A DNA stretch of 64,000 nt, from positions 79,376 to 143,375 of the forward strand of contig JBBRLJ010000004.1 of the NCBI GenBank assembly GCA_038231435.1, in the 5' to 3' direction. A program made the translations under genes and the position numbers. This document shows, one piece after another, positions 39,000 through 48,519 of the stretch (its first letter is position 1; each line of letters opens with the position of its first letter). Source of the stretch: Planctomycetota bacterium (GTDB lineage: Bacteria; Planctomycetota; UBA11346). The notes beneath the pieces are model-generated. The model saw nothing but the letters and a program-made list of their open reading frames with translations. It was not told the origin of the DNA and searched no databases.

Positions 39000-39929
39000 A
39001 TGCGCCGCATCGCCCTGACCGCCCTCGCCGCCGCTACGATGGCCTTCTCCTCCGTTTACGCCGCCACCGCAGAAGCCCCGGTGGCCGCCGCCGCGGTCGA
39101 CCCGTCGTCGCCCGAGGCGCCCATCCTGCTGACCGCAAAGGCGCTCAAGGATAACGACTTCAAGCAGTTCTTCCTGTCGTTGCCCGCTGCTGATCAGGCG
39201 CAGGCCGAGAAGAGCTGGAAGGACGCGCAGACGAATCCAGCCGCCAAGGACGGCAAGGAATTCGACGATGCCATGGCCAAGCTGCTGGCCCCGGACGCTG
39301 TCGACCAGCTGATGACGCAGGTCGAGCCGCAGCTGAAGGCCTTCGATCCGCAGCAGACCAGCCAGATGATGATGATGATGAGCGGCTTCCTGCCGATGCT
39401 GCTGCAGAACGGCCCCGACGGCAAGCCGAAGGCGCTGACGCCGGAGCTGAAGCACACCATCACCATGCTGCAGAGCATCATCACCGACGCGGCGCAGTGG
39501 ATCCCCACCGCAAATGTCAATGACCCCGAGAAGCTCCGCTCGGCGTTCGGGCACATCGTCGCCGCGGCCAAGGCCCTCGACATCAAGGACACCAAGGCGC
39601 TGCGCGCGCTGCCCTTGACCGAGGTCCTCGGCCGGGTCGGCCCGCTGGTCAAGGAGCTCAAGCAGGCGCTGGCGGTCTATGATCTGCAAGCCGATGATTT
39701 CCTCGGCTCGATCACCGCCAAGAGCGCTGGAGAGGGCGACACGCGCACGCTGACGGTGGGCTTCAAGGCATTCGGCCGCGGCTACGAAACCCCAATCACG
39801 GTCGAGCGCCAGGGCACCAAGTGGGTGCTGAGCAAGGACAACGCCAGCGGCTTTGACGCCTTCGGCAAGATGTTCAACCAGGGTGGCGGCGCGCCGGCCC
39901 CGGCCGCGGGCGAAGACACCATCCGCTAG
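39000..39929 (+). CDS. Secreted hypothetical protein
   Basis: Signal peptide MRRIALTALAAA, AAGGA SD, coding-like codon usage. Confidence 0.75.
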   Translation: MRRIALTALAAATMAFSSVYAATAEAPVAAAAVDPSSPEAPILLTAKALKDNDFKQFFLSLPAADQAQAEKSWKDAQTNPAAKDGKEFDDAMAKLLAPDAVDQLMTQVEPQLKAFDPQQTSQMMMMMSGFLPMLLQNGPDGKPKALTPELKHTITMLQSIITDAAQWIPTANVNDPEKLRSAFGHIVAAAKALDIKDTKALRALPLTEVLGRVGPLVKELKQALAVYDLQADDFLGSITAKSAGEGDTRTLTVGFKAFGRGYETPITVERQGTKWVLSKDNASGFDAFGKMFNQGGGAPAPAAGEDTIR

Positions 39930-39984
39930 TTCCGCTCGCTGCCCGGCCTCCACGCCTGGCCGTCTGGCGGCATGGCGAGGGCGA

Positions 39985-40938
39985 TCAACCGATGGCCACG
40001 GGCAGTGCATGCCCATTCAGGTATTCGCGCGCATCCATCGGCCGTTTGTTCGGCGGCTGCAGCCGCGTGATCGCGACTGCGCCATCCGCGCAGCCGACGG
40101 CGATGAGGTCGCGATGCCGCGCCAACGCGCCAGGCGCCAGGCCAAGAAGACCCCCTCCCGGATCTACCGCGTCGACGGCATCGATGATGCGCAGCGCATG
40201 CACGCGCACGCGCTCACCCGACAGCATCGTCCAGCATCCTGGCGCCGGAGTGTACGCCCGCACCCAGCGCTCGAGCGCCACCGCGCCGAGGGTGAAATCG
40301 AGCCGACCGTCCTCGCTGGTGAGCTTGCGGCAGAGGGTCACGCGCGACTCGTCCTGCGGCTCTGGCGTCTGCGGCGGCCACGCCGCCAGGAACCGCTCCA
40401 GCGCCGCCGCCGCGGCCGCGGCCATGGCGTCGTGCAGCACGGGCAGCGTGGTGCCGGCCGCGAGCGGCAGCTCGTCGGCGGAATAGATCGGCCCGGCATC
40501 GAGCCCGCGCACCATGCGCATGACCGTGACGCCGGTGCGCGCATCGCCCGCGCGCAGCGCGGCCTGGAGCGGACTCGCCCCGCGCCAGCGCGGCAGGAGC
40601 GAGGCGTGGAGATTGATGCAGCCGTGCAGCGGACGATCGAGCACGTCCTGGCGCAGCAGTTCGCCATAGGCCATCACCACCGCCAGGTCGCATGCCAGCC
40701 GCGGATCGCCGCCCTGGCCCTTCAGCGTTTCAGGCTGCCACAGCGGCAGCCCCAGCTCGCGAGCGGCCACCTTGACCGCGGATTCATGCAGATGGTGCCC
40801 GCGTCCGGCGGGGCGATCGGGCTGGGTGATGACGCAGCTCACGATGGCCGAGCGCGCGAGCGAGCGCAGCGCTGGCACCGCGATCTCGGGCGTGCCCATG
40901 AAGACCGCGCGCAGGCGCTCGCCCGGCCGATCCGTCAC
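39985..40938 (-). CDS. fmt: Methionyl-tRNA formyltransferase
   Basis: FMGTPEIA, TQPDRPAGRG, INLHASLLPRWRGASP, LDAGP. Confidence 0.97.
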   Translation of the reverse strand: MTDRPGERLRAVFMGTPEIAVPALRSLARSAIVSCVITQPDRPAGRGHHLHESAVKVAARELGLPLWQPETLKGQGGDPRLACDLAVVMAYGELLRQDVLDRPLHGCINLHASLLPRWRGASPLQAALRAGDARTGVTVMRMVRGLDAGPIYSADELPLAAGTTLPVLHDAMAAAAAAALERFLAAWPPQTPEPQDESRVTLCRKLTSEDGRLDFTLGAVALERWVRAYTPAPGCWTMLSGERVRVHALRIIDAVDAVDPGGGLLGLAPGALARHRDLIAVGCADGAVAITRLQPPNKRPMDAREYLNGHALPVAIG

Positions 40939-42041
40939 TCATCGACTCCTTCATCAACCGGCACGTCGACCGGAGCGTCCAGCGGATGCTCCGCTGGCGC
41001 GCCCGAGGGAGCCGCCCGCCCGGGAGGTGGCGCCTTCACCACCTCGTCGAGCAGCACGGTGATGTACGCATCGGTGGGCAGTTCGCAGGTGATGAGCACG
41101 TCGTCGCCATCGAGGTCCACCAGCACGCTGGTGGGCTGAACGCGGATGGCGCGCCGAGCGCCGCGCAGCTTGGCGATCTCGGCATCGGCGGCGCCAGCAT
41201 CGACGAGCACCGCGCGCTCACGCTCGGCGGCCTCGCTCGCGCACGGCGGCATGCCGGAACCGTACAGCGGCCCGAGCGGCACCACCTCCCAGCTGTCCAT
41301 GCGCTTCTGCACGTGGTCGCGGAAGGCGACCGGCGATACCTCGCCGAGACGATTGGCGACCAGCTCGCCCTCGAGGCAGGTGCCGAGCGCGCCGTCCTCG
41401 ACGCGCTTAGCGAGGTACCGATCGAAGAGCGATTCCTGGAACGCGCGCAGGCAGCGGCCCTCGTCCACGCCGGTGGCCATGACCTGGCCAGGTAGGCGCC
41501 TGCCCTGGACGAGCATGCGCCCCCACTTCACGAACGAGCCTTCCTTGCCGAAGCGCGACAACGGCACGAAGTTCGGCACGCCGCCGCGGCGCAGGCGATC
41601 CACCACCGCCTTGGCGCGATGGTAGCCGCCATCGAGATTCCCCCCACGCACACGCACGCGCCAGCGCAGGCGCGCCACCGTCTCCTCGGTGACCGGCTTG
41701 TGCGAGGCGGTGAGCTCGAGCACACGCATCTTGCCTTGGGTCCCGGCGCGGCGCAGGGCGCCGGGGTTCTCGACCAGCGCGGCGGGCACGCTGAACCACT
41801 GCACGCTGATGCCCACGCGATCCCGGCTGCCCGCGCAGGAGATCAGGTCGACCGACACCGCGGCGGCCCGCGCCACCGCCGCGCGCGCTTGTTGGGTGCC
41901 GAGATCCTTCTTGGAGACCTTGAGCCACAGGTGCTCGCCGGTATCAGCCGGCTTCTTGGCGAGGACCTCCTCACAGGATCGATCGCCGGCATCGACGACG
42001 CCTCCGGTGCCAGGAAGATCCGAAGTTACCAGCGGGAGCAT
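40935..42041 (-). CDS. truD: tRNA pseudouridine(13) synthase TruD-like (divergent)
   Basis: GEHLWLKVSK, AGSRDRVGISVQW, GVPNF..SRFG, GARRAIRV, ELPTDAYITVLLDE. Confidence 0.75.
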   Translation of the reverse strand: MLPLVTSDLPGTGGVVDAGDRSCEEVLAKKPADTGEHLWLKVSKKDLGTQQARAAVARAAAVSVDLISCAGSRDRVGISVQWFSVPAALVENPGALRRAGTQGKMRVLELTASHKPVTEETVARLRWRVRVRGGNLDGGYHRAKAVVDRLRRGGVPNFVPLSRFGKEGSFVKWGRMLVQGRRLPGQVMATGVDEGRCLRAFQESLFDRYLAKRVEDGALGTCLEGELVANRLGEVSPVAFRDHVQKRMDSWEVVPLGPLYGSGMPPCASEAAERERAVLVDAGAADAEIAKLRGARRAIRVQPTSVLVDLDGDDVLITCELPTDAYITVLLDEVVKAPPPGRAAPSGAPAEHPLDAPVDVPVDEGVDE

Positions 42042-42272
42042 GCGCGGAGCATGCGTGGCCAGGGGCGATGGGCCAGGGGCTAAGGCCGTATCCAGGCCCC
42101 TGCCTGGATCCTCGCATCCCCCGAAAGCGGTCCCGACCAGGCCCCGAGGCATCAACACCGGGATGGTCAGCAGGGTAGAAGATCATGCGGTGTCGGACCG
42201 CCCTGGCCGGAGGCTGGCCTCTGGCCGGTTGCGGCCTAGCCTGAAGGCAGATTTCGACACCGGAGCCCGTGC

Positions 42273-43475
42273 ATGCTGCGCATCGTGATGCTATCCTGCT
42301 CGCTTGGCGCCTTGATTGCCGCCGATCCTACCCGGGTCGCCCCGGCGTCGGCGCCAGTGGCAGCCCCCTCGGTGGGCGTCCCCGGTGCCGACCCTCTCGG
42401 CGGACGCGACCTCATCATCCTCGACAACAAGCAGAGCATCGTCGGCACCATCGCCGAGCATACACGCGACGACGGCTTCGTGGTCATCAACACCGGCTCC
42501 GGCACCATGCGCATCCGCAAGGAGCGCATCGCGACCATCGTGCTCGGGCTCGAGGGCCAGCTCAGGCACCTCGACACCAGCGACCTGCCGTCGCTCGTCG
42601 CCCTGGCCAAGTGGTGCCTCGCGCGCGGCCACGAGCAGGAAGCCCTCGCGGCACTCGACAGGGCCGTGACCATGCCGGGCGTCGACCTCGAGACGCGCGG
42701 TCTGCATGCCACGCTGGTCGACGGCAGTCCGCGCGGACCGAAGGCCGCGCTGCCCCTCTACCGGCGGTACAAGGCCGATGGTGGCAACGACGTCAAGATC
42801 CTCGCCCGCCTGCAAGAGCTCGAGGACGCGCTCTCGGCGCACAACGACGAGCTCAAGAAGCTCGGCATGCCGCCGGAGTCGGTCCTGGCCGAGCAGCCGC
42901 TGGACACCACCCCGAAAGCGGAACCCGCCACGGCCAATTCCAGCGCCAAGCCAGCTGCGAGCGGGCTCGAGGCCAAGGGTTGGCAGGCCGAGGACGCCGC
43001 CTACTCCAATCCCGTCGACGCCAAGCTCGAGAGCCTCCCGCCCGAGGAAGGCGGTAGCAAAGTACTGTCGGTTGCCTCGGCGGCCGGCGGCAAGAAGGAC
43101 AAGGCCGCGGTTCGGAAGCTGATGACCTACGCGGTGGACGAGAACTCGGTGATGTCGATGTCGGTCCGCGATCGCAGCGAACATCCGGTCAAGATGGCAC
43201 TCGCGATCAAGACCGTGAACACCGTGAACGGCAAGGAGGTGTGGAACTACTTCGAGAGCCCAGTGCAGAGCGTGGCGCCGAGCGACAGCTTCAAGGAGCT
43301 TCGCTTCGATCTCAAAGCCAACACCTTCAAGAGCGCCGCGACCGCCTGGGAGAATCGCGATTCGATCTCCAACCTCGATGCGATCCGCGAGATCCAGGTG
43401 CTGATCTACAACGGCGCCGAGGATGCGGTGGTGCAGATCAGGGGCATGGGGTTCGTGAAGAATACCGAACTCTAA
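42273..43475 (+). CDS. Secreted hypothetical protein (helical middle, C-terminal beta-sandwich)
   Basis: Signal peptide, DLIILDNKQSIVG, LAKWCLARG, C-terminal beta-rich domain. Confidence 0.72.
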   Translation: MLRIVMLSCSLGALIAADPTRVAPASAPVAAPSVGVPGADPLGGRDLIILDNKQSIVGTIAEHTRDDGFVVINTGSGTMRIRKERIATIVLGLEGQLRHLDTSDLPSLVALAKWCLARGHEQEALAALDRAVTMPGVDLETRGLHATLVDGSPRGPKAALPLYRRYKADGGNDVKILARLQELEDALSAHNDELKKLGMPPESVLAEQPLDTTPKAEPATANSSAKPAASGLEAKGWQAEDAAYSNPVDAKLESLPPEEGGSKVLSVASAAGGKKDKAAVRKLMTYAVDENSVMSMSVRDRSEHPVKMALAIKTVNTVNGKEVWNYFESPVQSVAPSDSFKELRFDLKANTFKSAATAWENRDSISNLDAIREIQVLIYNGAEDAVVQIRGMGFVKNTEL

Positions 43476-43521
43476 GTTGGGGGGCTGCGGCCCCCCAACA
43501 TCGCGCTCCGCGCTGCCCCCA
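43476..43521 (+). repeat. REP-like double-hairpin element, copy 3
   Basis: GTTGGGGGGCTGCGGCCCCCCAACATC-GCGC-TCC-GCGC-TGCCCCCA immediately after a stop codon. Confidence 0.85.
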
Positions 43522-43627
43522 GGAGGCAGGGAACAGAATGGTTTGGGAACGAGCCGGGGCGGCCGTTCATAATGCGCCGCGAGATTCTCTGTTCTGGGCC
43601 TCGTGGCGGTTCAATCCTGCCTTGGGG

Positions 43628-44713
43628 TCACTTCGGCTTCGGGGATTCGTGGATGGCGAAGACCAGGACGGTGAGGCGGGCGCCGGATTTGGGCTTGGCG
43701 ATGGTGGTCGGCAGGGGCGTGGGGCCGGCGTTCTCTTCGATCATCAGGCGGGTGCCGTCGTGGTTCCAGGCGGGGTGGCGGCCTTCGGCGATCTCGACGC
43801 GGTGGGCGCCGTCGCGAGAGACCAGGGCGATCTTGCCGTCGCTGGTGGTGACGGCGACGACCGGCTGGATGGGATGCGGCGCGGGGTCGCGGGCGTCGTG
43901 GGCGATGATCACCGGGGCCTTGCCGCGGCCCGGGATCAGCACCACGTCGGTGCCGGCATCCCACCACGCGTGCTGTAGCTGCGGGTCGCCGCGCAGCACC
44001 GTCGCGGTGAGCGCGCCATCGCTGGTCCAGCGTGGTTGGACCGCGCCGGGGATCTGATCGATCTGACCGGGGCGCCAGCGGATCACCAGGTTCGAGCGCA
44101 CCGGCTTGCCGGTCCAGAAATCCTCCTCGTATACCGGGGTCTCTTGCCACGCCATGCCCGGACCGGCGGCCTCGGGCTCGGCGAAGAAGCCGATGCCGAA
44201 CTCCCTGGCGTCGCCGAGCTCGTCGATGCCCACGATCTTGTCGCCGACCTGGGCGAAGACGTGCTTCTGGCCCACCCGGGGTCGATAGCCGAACTTCGCG
44301 AGCTGCTTCTGCAGCGGGTTCTTCCCGAGCGTCACCACCGTGAGCCCTTCCGGCGATGAGATCACCCGTCCGTCGGACAGCTTCTCGGCGTTCTTGCCCG
44401 GGCCGAACACCACCTGGTCTTCGTTGATCCACGCCGGGAAGCGGGTCTCGCGGTTCTCGTTCGAGGTGAATTTCTGCTGTGCGTGCGAACCGGTGTCCTC
44501 GGAGAGCACCAGGAACCCGCCCTGGGCGCGGGACACCACGCGATCGCTCACGGGACTCCACGCGGCCTCGGGTTCGCCCACCGGTACATCCCATCCGTAT
44601 TGACGGATGGACTCGAAGGCCTCGGGCCCGGCGCTCGGCCGCTCGCTGCACGAGCTCGCGGCGAGAGCCAGCGCGACGACGGCGATGAGGCTGGAACGAC
44701 GATGCATGGGCAC
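43628..44713 (-). CDS. TolB-like beta-propeller lipoprotein
   Basis: Lipobox-like AASSC; PD40-like motifs AAWSP, FPAWIN, PRWTSDG, HPAWNHDG. Confidence 0.72.
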   Translation of the reverse strand: MPMHRRSSLIAVVALALAASSCSERPSAGPEAFESIRQYGWDVPVGEPEAAWSPVSDRVVSRAQGGFLVLSEDTGSHAQQKFTSNENRETRFPAWINEDQVVFGPGKNAEKLSDGRVISSPEGLTVVTLGKNPLQKQLAKFGYRPRVGQKHVFAQVGDKIVGIDELGDAREFGIGFFAEPEAAGPGMAWQETPVYEEDFWTGKPVRSNLVIRWRPGQIDQIPGAVQPRWTSDGALTATVLRGDPQLQHAWWDAGTDVVLIPGRGKAPVIIAHDARDPAPHPIQPVVAVTTSDGKIALVSRDGAHRVEIAEGRHPAWNHDGTRLMIEENAGPTPLPTTIAKPKSGARLTVLVFAIHESPKPK

Positions 44714-44817
44714 TCCGGATGACGACGATTGGCGGGAGATGGATGGGACCAGAGGCGAGACGGGACGATGGCTGAACGAGGACAGGATAGGCGCCGCGCC
44801 AGGCGCACGACCCCTGG

Positions 44818-45519
44818 TCAGGGTGTGGCGGCGGCAGGCGTCTCAACGACCTCGACGCGGGTCGATCCGGTCTCATCGACCAGACGCTGGAACGCTCCCG
44901 CCTTGTCTGGGACCACGATGAAGTGCTTCCCGGCGATATCGACCTGGTCGCCCTGCCACGAACAGGACAGCGGCGCCGCCGAGGCAGGCCCGAAGAAGTC
45001 GACGACCCGCACCGAGGCTGGCACGGCCGCGGACCAGGAGATCGCGGTCAGGAGCGGCGCCAGATGGACGTCCCAGGCGTGCGCGCCGGGAATCTTGACG
45101 CCCTGGGCGATGATCTTGGCGGTCTCGCCCTCGCCTTCGACGATCTCGCGGCTCACCTGGTAGCCGGCAGGAGCGCCTGGGACCACCGAGGACAATCCGT
45201 CGCGACCATTCCAGGCGAGGATGCGCGCGTGCTCGTCGAGCAGGATGAAGGGGCAGTCGACCAGATGCGCTCCGCCGAGTGCCTCTGGTGTGGGCGGCGT
45301 GTACACCAGTTGCATCACCCGGTGATTACCGAATTGCGCGTCCGGAGGCAGGATGCGCGCCCAGAACGGTTGTCCGTCGAGCGTGCCATGCAGCTCGATG
45401 CGCGGCCGGTCGGGCAGGGTCGGTAGCGCCGGTTCGGCTGCGGCCGAGGCCGAGGTCGCGCTGATCGCCAGCAGCGGGAACAGGATCAACATGCGCAGGT
45501 GGGCGGGAATCGGCAGCAT
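44818..45519 (-). CDS. Secreted hypothetical protein
   Basis: Signal peptide; tightly coupled to the upstream gene. Confidence 0.65.
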   Translation of the reverse strand: MLPIPAHLRMLILFPLLAISATSASAAAEPALPTLPDRPRIELHGTLDGQPFWARILPPDAQFGNHRVMQLVYTPPTPEALGGAHLVDCPFILLDEHARILAWNGRDGLSSVVPGAPAGYQVSREIVEGEGETAKIIAQGVKIPGAHAWDVHLAPLLTAISWSAAVPASVRVVDFFGPASAAPLSCSWQGDQVDIAGKHFIVVPDKAGAFQRLVDETGSTRVEVVETPAAATP

Positions 45520-45521
45520 GG

Positions 45522-46007
45522 CTACACCGTCTCCTTGAGCGGACGCGAAAACATCACGGTCAGCAATCCCGCAGCGACCATCGCCAAGCCGATCTCGTAG
45601 CGCCGCGACGGCGCGCCCGCCGCTTCGGAGACGATGAAGGCGGTACCCGGAGGATCCTCGGCCTCGAAGTAGACGATTCGGGCGCGGCGGAACCGCGGGT
45701 CGTCACCGAGCAGAGCGCGCCGCATCGCGGCCGCGGTGGCCTTGTCGACGATCGGATCCTCGATCACGTGGTAGTGCCCATCGGCCTGGTTGGCGCCGAA
45801 GTAGGTCGTGCGCACGCCCTTGACGTCGAGCGTGAATTCAAACACCACGTGGAGGCGGATCCGGTCGGAGCCCAGTGGTTCCTCGAACACGTCCTTGATG
45901 TCGCCGGTCGCGTGCGAATAGCGCCAGTAGACGCTCGCCGACGGCAGCACCACCAGGGCCCCGGCCAAGGCCAGGAGGAATCCGAGCAGCGCCCTGACTC
46001 TTCTCAT
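45522..46007 (-). CDS. Two-TM membrane protein (DUF3592-like topology)
   Basis: N- and C-terminal TMs flanking a beta-rich domain ending IVYFEAEDP. Confidence 0.65.
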   Translation of the reverse strand: MRRVRALLGFLLALAGALVVLPSASVYWRYSHATGDIKDVFEEPLGSDRIRLHVVFEFTLDVKGVRTTYFGANQADGHYHVIEDPIVDKATAAAMRRALLGDDPRFRRARIVYFEAEDPPGTAFIVSEAAGAPSRRYEIGLAMVAAGLLTVMFSRPLKETV

Positions 46008-46025
46008 GGGAGGCTCATGGGAGGC

Positions 46026-46973
46026 TCACGTGCGGCTCGCCTCGGCGCCGCCGACCTGCGCGCGACCGGCGAGCACGCGGTTGCGCAGCGTCCCGAGCCC
46101 GGAGATCGCGCACTCGACCACGTCGCCCACCGCCAGGAAGCGCGGCGGGGTGCGCCAGCAACCCACGCCGGCCGGGGTGCCGGTGGAAATGATGTCGCCA
46201 GGTTCGAGCGTGATGTCGCGGCTGATGTACGCGATCAGCTGGGCCACCGGATGGATGAGCTCGGCGGCGAACGCGTCCTGCAGGACTTGGCCGCCGATGG
46301 TGGTGGTCAGGCGCATCGTCGCGACCTCGCCCGCCTGATCCGGCGTCACCAGCCATGGTCCACACGGGAAGAAGGTATCGCTGCTCTTGGCGCGGAACCA
46401 CTGGCCATCGTCGTGCTGCCAGCGGCGCGCGGAGACGTCGTTGGCGACCATGTAGCCGGCGACCGCGTCCATGGCGTTGGCGGCGGTCGCCGCGCACACG
46501 CGCCGACCGATCACCACCGCGAGCTCGACCTCGTAGTCCGGCCGGCAATCGCCTTCGGGCAGCAGGATGTCGTCGGCGCAGCCCGCGAGCGTGTTGGGAG
46601 TCTTGGCGAAGAGCAGCGGCACTTCGGGCCAGGGCTTCTTCTGCTCCTCGGCATGCCCTTTGTAGTTCAAGCCGACGCAGATGATCTTGCGTGGATCGAC
46701 GATCGGCGGGCCGAGCCGCAGTGACGCCAGGGGCATGCCACCGGCGCCACCCGCGAGTCCAGGTGAGAGTCCCCGTGCGAGTCCCCGTGCGAGATAGGCG
46801 CGAACCGCGGCAGCCAGGCGTTCGAGGCCCCCCTGCTCATCGAGCAGCTGGCGCACGCTGTCGGGCGCGGCCGGGTCCAGATCGCGCACCGGCACGATGG
46901 CATCCGCTCCCTGGACATCGACGACGACGCCCGCACGTTCACGGCCGCGCGGACCGAAACTCACCAAGCGCAT
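46026..46973 (-). CDS. Fumarylacetoacetate hydrolase family protein
   Basis: KIICVGLNY, DYEVELAVVIG, NDVSAR, KSSDTF, PGDIISTGTP. Confidence 0.95.
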   Translation of the reverse strand: MRLVSFGPRGRERAGVVVDVQGADAIVPVRDLDPAAPDSVRQLLDEQGGLERLAAAVRAYLARGLARGLSPGLAGGAGGMPLASLRLGPPIVDPRKIICVGLNYKGHAEEQKKPWPEVPLLFAKTPNTLAGCADDILLPEGDCRPDYEVELAVVIGRRVCAATAANAMDAVAGYMVANDVSARRWQHDDGQWFRAKSSDTFFPCGPWLVTPDQAGEVATMRLTTTIGGQVLQDAFAAELIHPVAQLIAYISRDITLEPGDIISTGTPAGVGCWRTPPRFLAVGDVVECAISGLGTLRNRVLAGRAQVGGAEASRT

Positions 46974-47103
46974 GACCGACCCGCTCCGCTGGACATCGTG
47001 GCGGAGTGTGGGCGCCCAGGCATCCGGTTCAATCCCGGCCGGGACGCCCAATCCCTCGTGGGAGTCACGCCAAGGCCGCCGGCCCAGGCCAGAGCCCGAC
47101 GCC

Positions 47104-47586
47104 TCATGGACTGGTGTGCACGGGAGCGCGACGGCGCCAGCTGTCGACATCGAGCTCCTCGACCCGCAGTGACACCGTCACCACGTACGAGACTGGGGGA
47201 TGCTCGGCGGTGGCGACCTCGCCACGGCCGCCCCACGGCTCGCCGATCCTGGCTCCGGCGTGGGCGATCTCGCTCCACATCACCACGTAGTCCGCCGGCG
47301 CGTCAGCGGGCGGCTCACGGTACAGGTAGGTCCCGCCGCCCCGCACCAGGTTGGATCCGAAGCGCAGGTGCTGGTCCTTCATCAGCGAGAACAGCGAATC
47401 CGGCCAGGCCGCGTGCTGTTGCCGATACGCGGTCAGCGCGTCGCTGAACTGGCGCAGGCGCCGTTGGCTTTCGAGGCGCTGCACCGCCGGTCGCGCGGCG
47501 GCCTCGCGGAATTCCCGATTCACCAGCAGCGTACCCAGGCCGAGCACTAGCAGCAGCGCGATGGTGAGCATGGATGCTTTGGACAT
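47104..47586 (-). CDS. Membrane-anchored hypothetical protein, pseudopilin/DUF1559-like
   Basis: N-terminal TM, then RRLRQFSDALTAYRQQHAAWPDSL. Confidence 0.6.
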   Translation of the reverse strand: MSKASMLTIALLLVLGLGTLLVNREFREAAARPAVQRLESQRRLRQFSDALTAYRQQHAAWPDSLFSLMKDQHLRFGSNLVRGGGTYLYREPPADAPADYVVMWSEIAHAGARIGEPWGGRGEVATAEHPPVSYVVTVSLRVEELDVDSWRRRAPVHTSP

Positions 47587-47652
47587 GGGAGGATCCGAGA
47601 CAGAGCGCCAACGATTCAGCGCCGTGCTGTGCTTCGATGTCTACTTCAACGT

Positions 47653-48399
47653 CTACTTGAGCCCGGTCTTCCCGGTCTCATCGCTCAGCGGGCAGCGCTC
47701 GAGGATGTCCTTGCCGAAGATCTCGCCGAATTCCAGGCGCAGGCGCAGCCCGGCTTGGACGTGTCCCGGCTGTGGATGATGCTGATGGTCGAGCAGGCAT
47801 TTGCGATGCACGCCACCCCACAGGTCGGTCACGCCCTTGTCGGCCTTCACCAGACCGAGATTGCGCGTCCAGCCATGCTCGAGCATGCCGTGGCGCATGA
47901 TCGCGAGCGTCCGCGGCTCGATCGAGACCTTGCGCCAATCGTGCTCGAGAGGGCGCTGGCAGACGAACCAGGTGAGCAGGCGGCCGATGTGCGCGTCGCT
48001 CAATCCGCCCCAGTAGGCGGTCTCGTTGTCGACCACCTCGACCCATGGCTGCTGGTGGCTCTCGGCCCATGCCGACAACGGACGGTCCGAGGGCGGCGGC
48101 TGCGAGGTCTTAGGAGCGGCGGCGAACATCAACCGGCCGCTGGCGAGGCCCTCGGTCTTGACCACGCGGCGCTCCGAGAAGAGCTCGGGCAGGCCCACCC
48201 AGGTCGCCGAACCGGCGCGCACGCGCTCGAGCTGAGGCTGCGAGCCCTCGGCCAGCAGCCAGCCGCTGACGATGCCGATGTCCTCGAGGAAGCGCATGAC
48301 CACGAAGGTGCTCATGTGCGAAACCCCGATCACCCGCGATCCGCTGCGCGCGTGCGCCGGATATCCGATGATCGACATGGACCAGTTCAGCAGGGCCAT
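47653..48399 (-). CDS. Hypothetical protein
   Basis: 248-aa Trp-rich ORF with coding-like composition; no motif recognised. Confidence 0.65.
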   Translation of the reverse strand: MALLNWSMSIIGYPAHARSGSRVIGVSHMSTFVVMRFLEDIGIVSGWLLAEGSQPQLERVRAGSATWVGLPELFSERRVVKTEGLASGRLMFAAAPKTSQPPPSDRPLSAWAESHQQPWVEVVDNETAYWGGLSDAHIGRLLTWFVCQRPLEHDWRKVSIEPRTLAIMRHGMLEHGWTRNLGLVKADKGVTDLWGGVHRKCLLDHQHHPQPGHVQAGLRLRLEFGEIFGKDILERCPLSDETGKTGLK

Positions 48400-48519
48400 T
48401 TCCAGGACTCTATGCGGCCCAGTTCATATGAAAGAGCAGTAAACCGCCGCCCGGCGACGCGCGTGACGTCCCACGCGCACGCACACTGGCGGGGGTCGCC
48501 CCGCGGGTAGGATGCGGCG

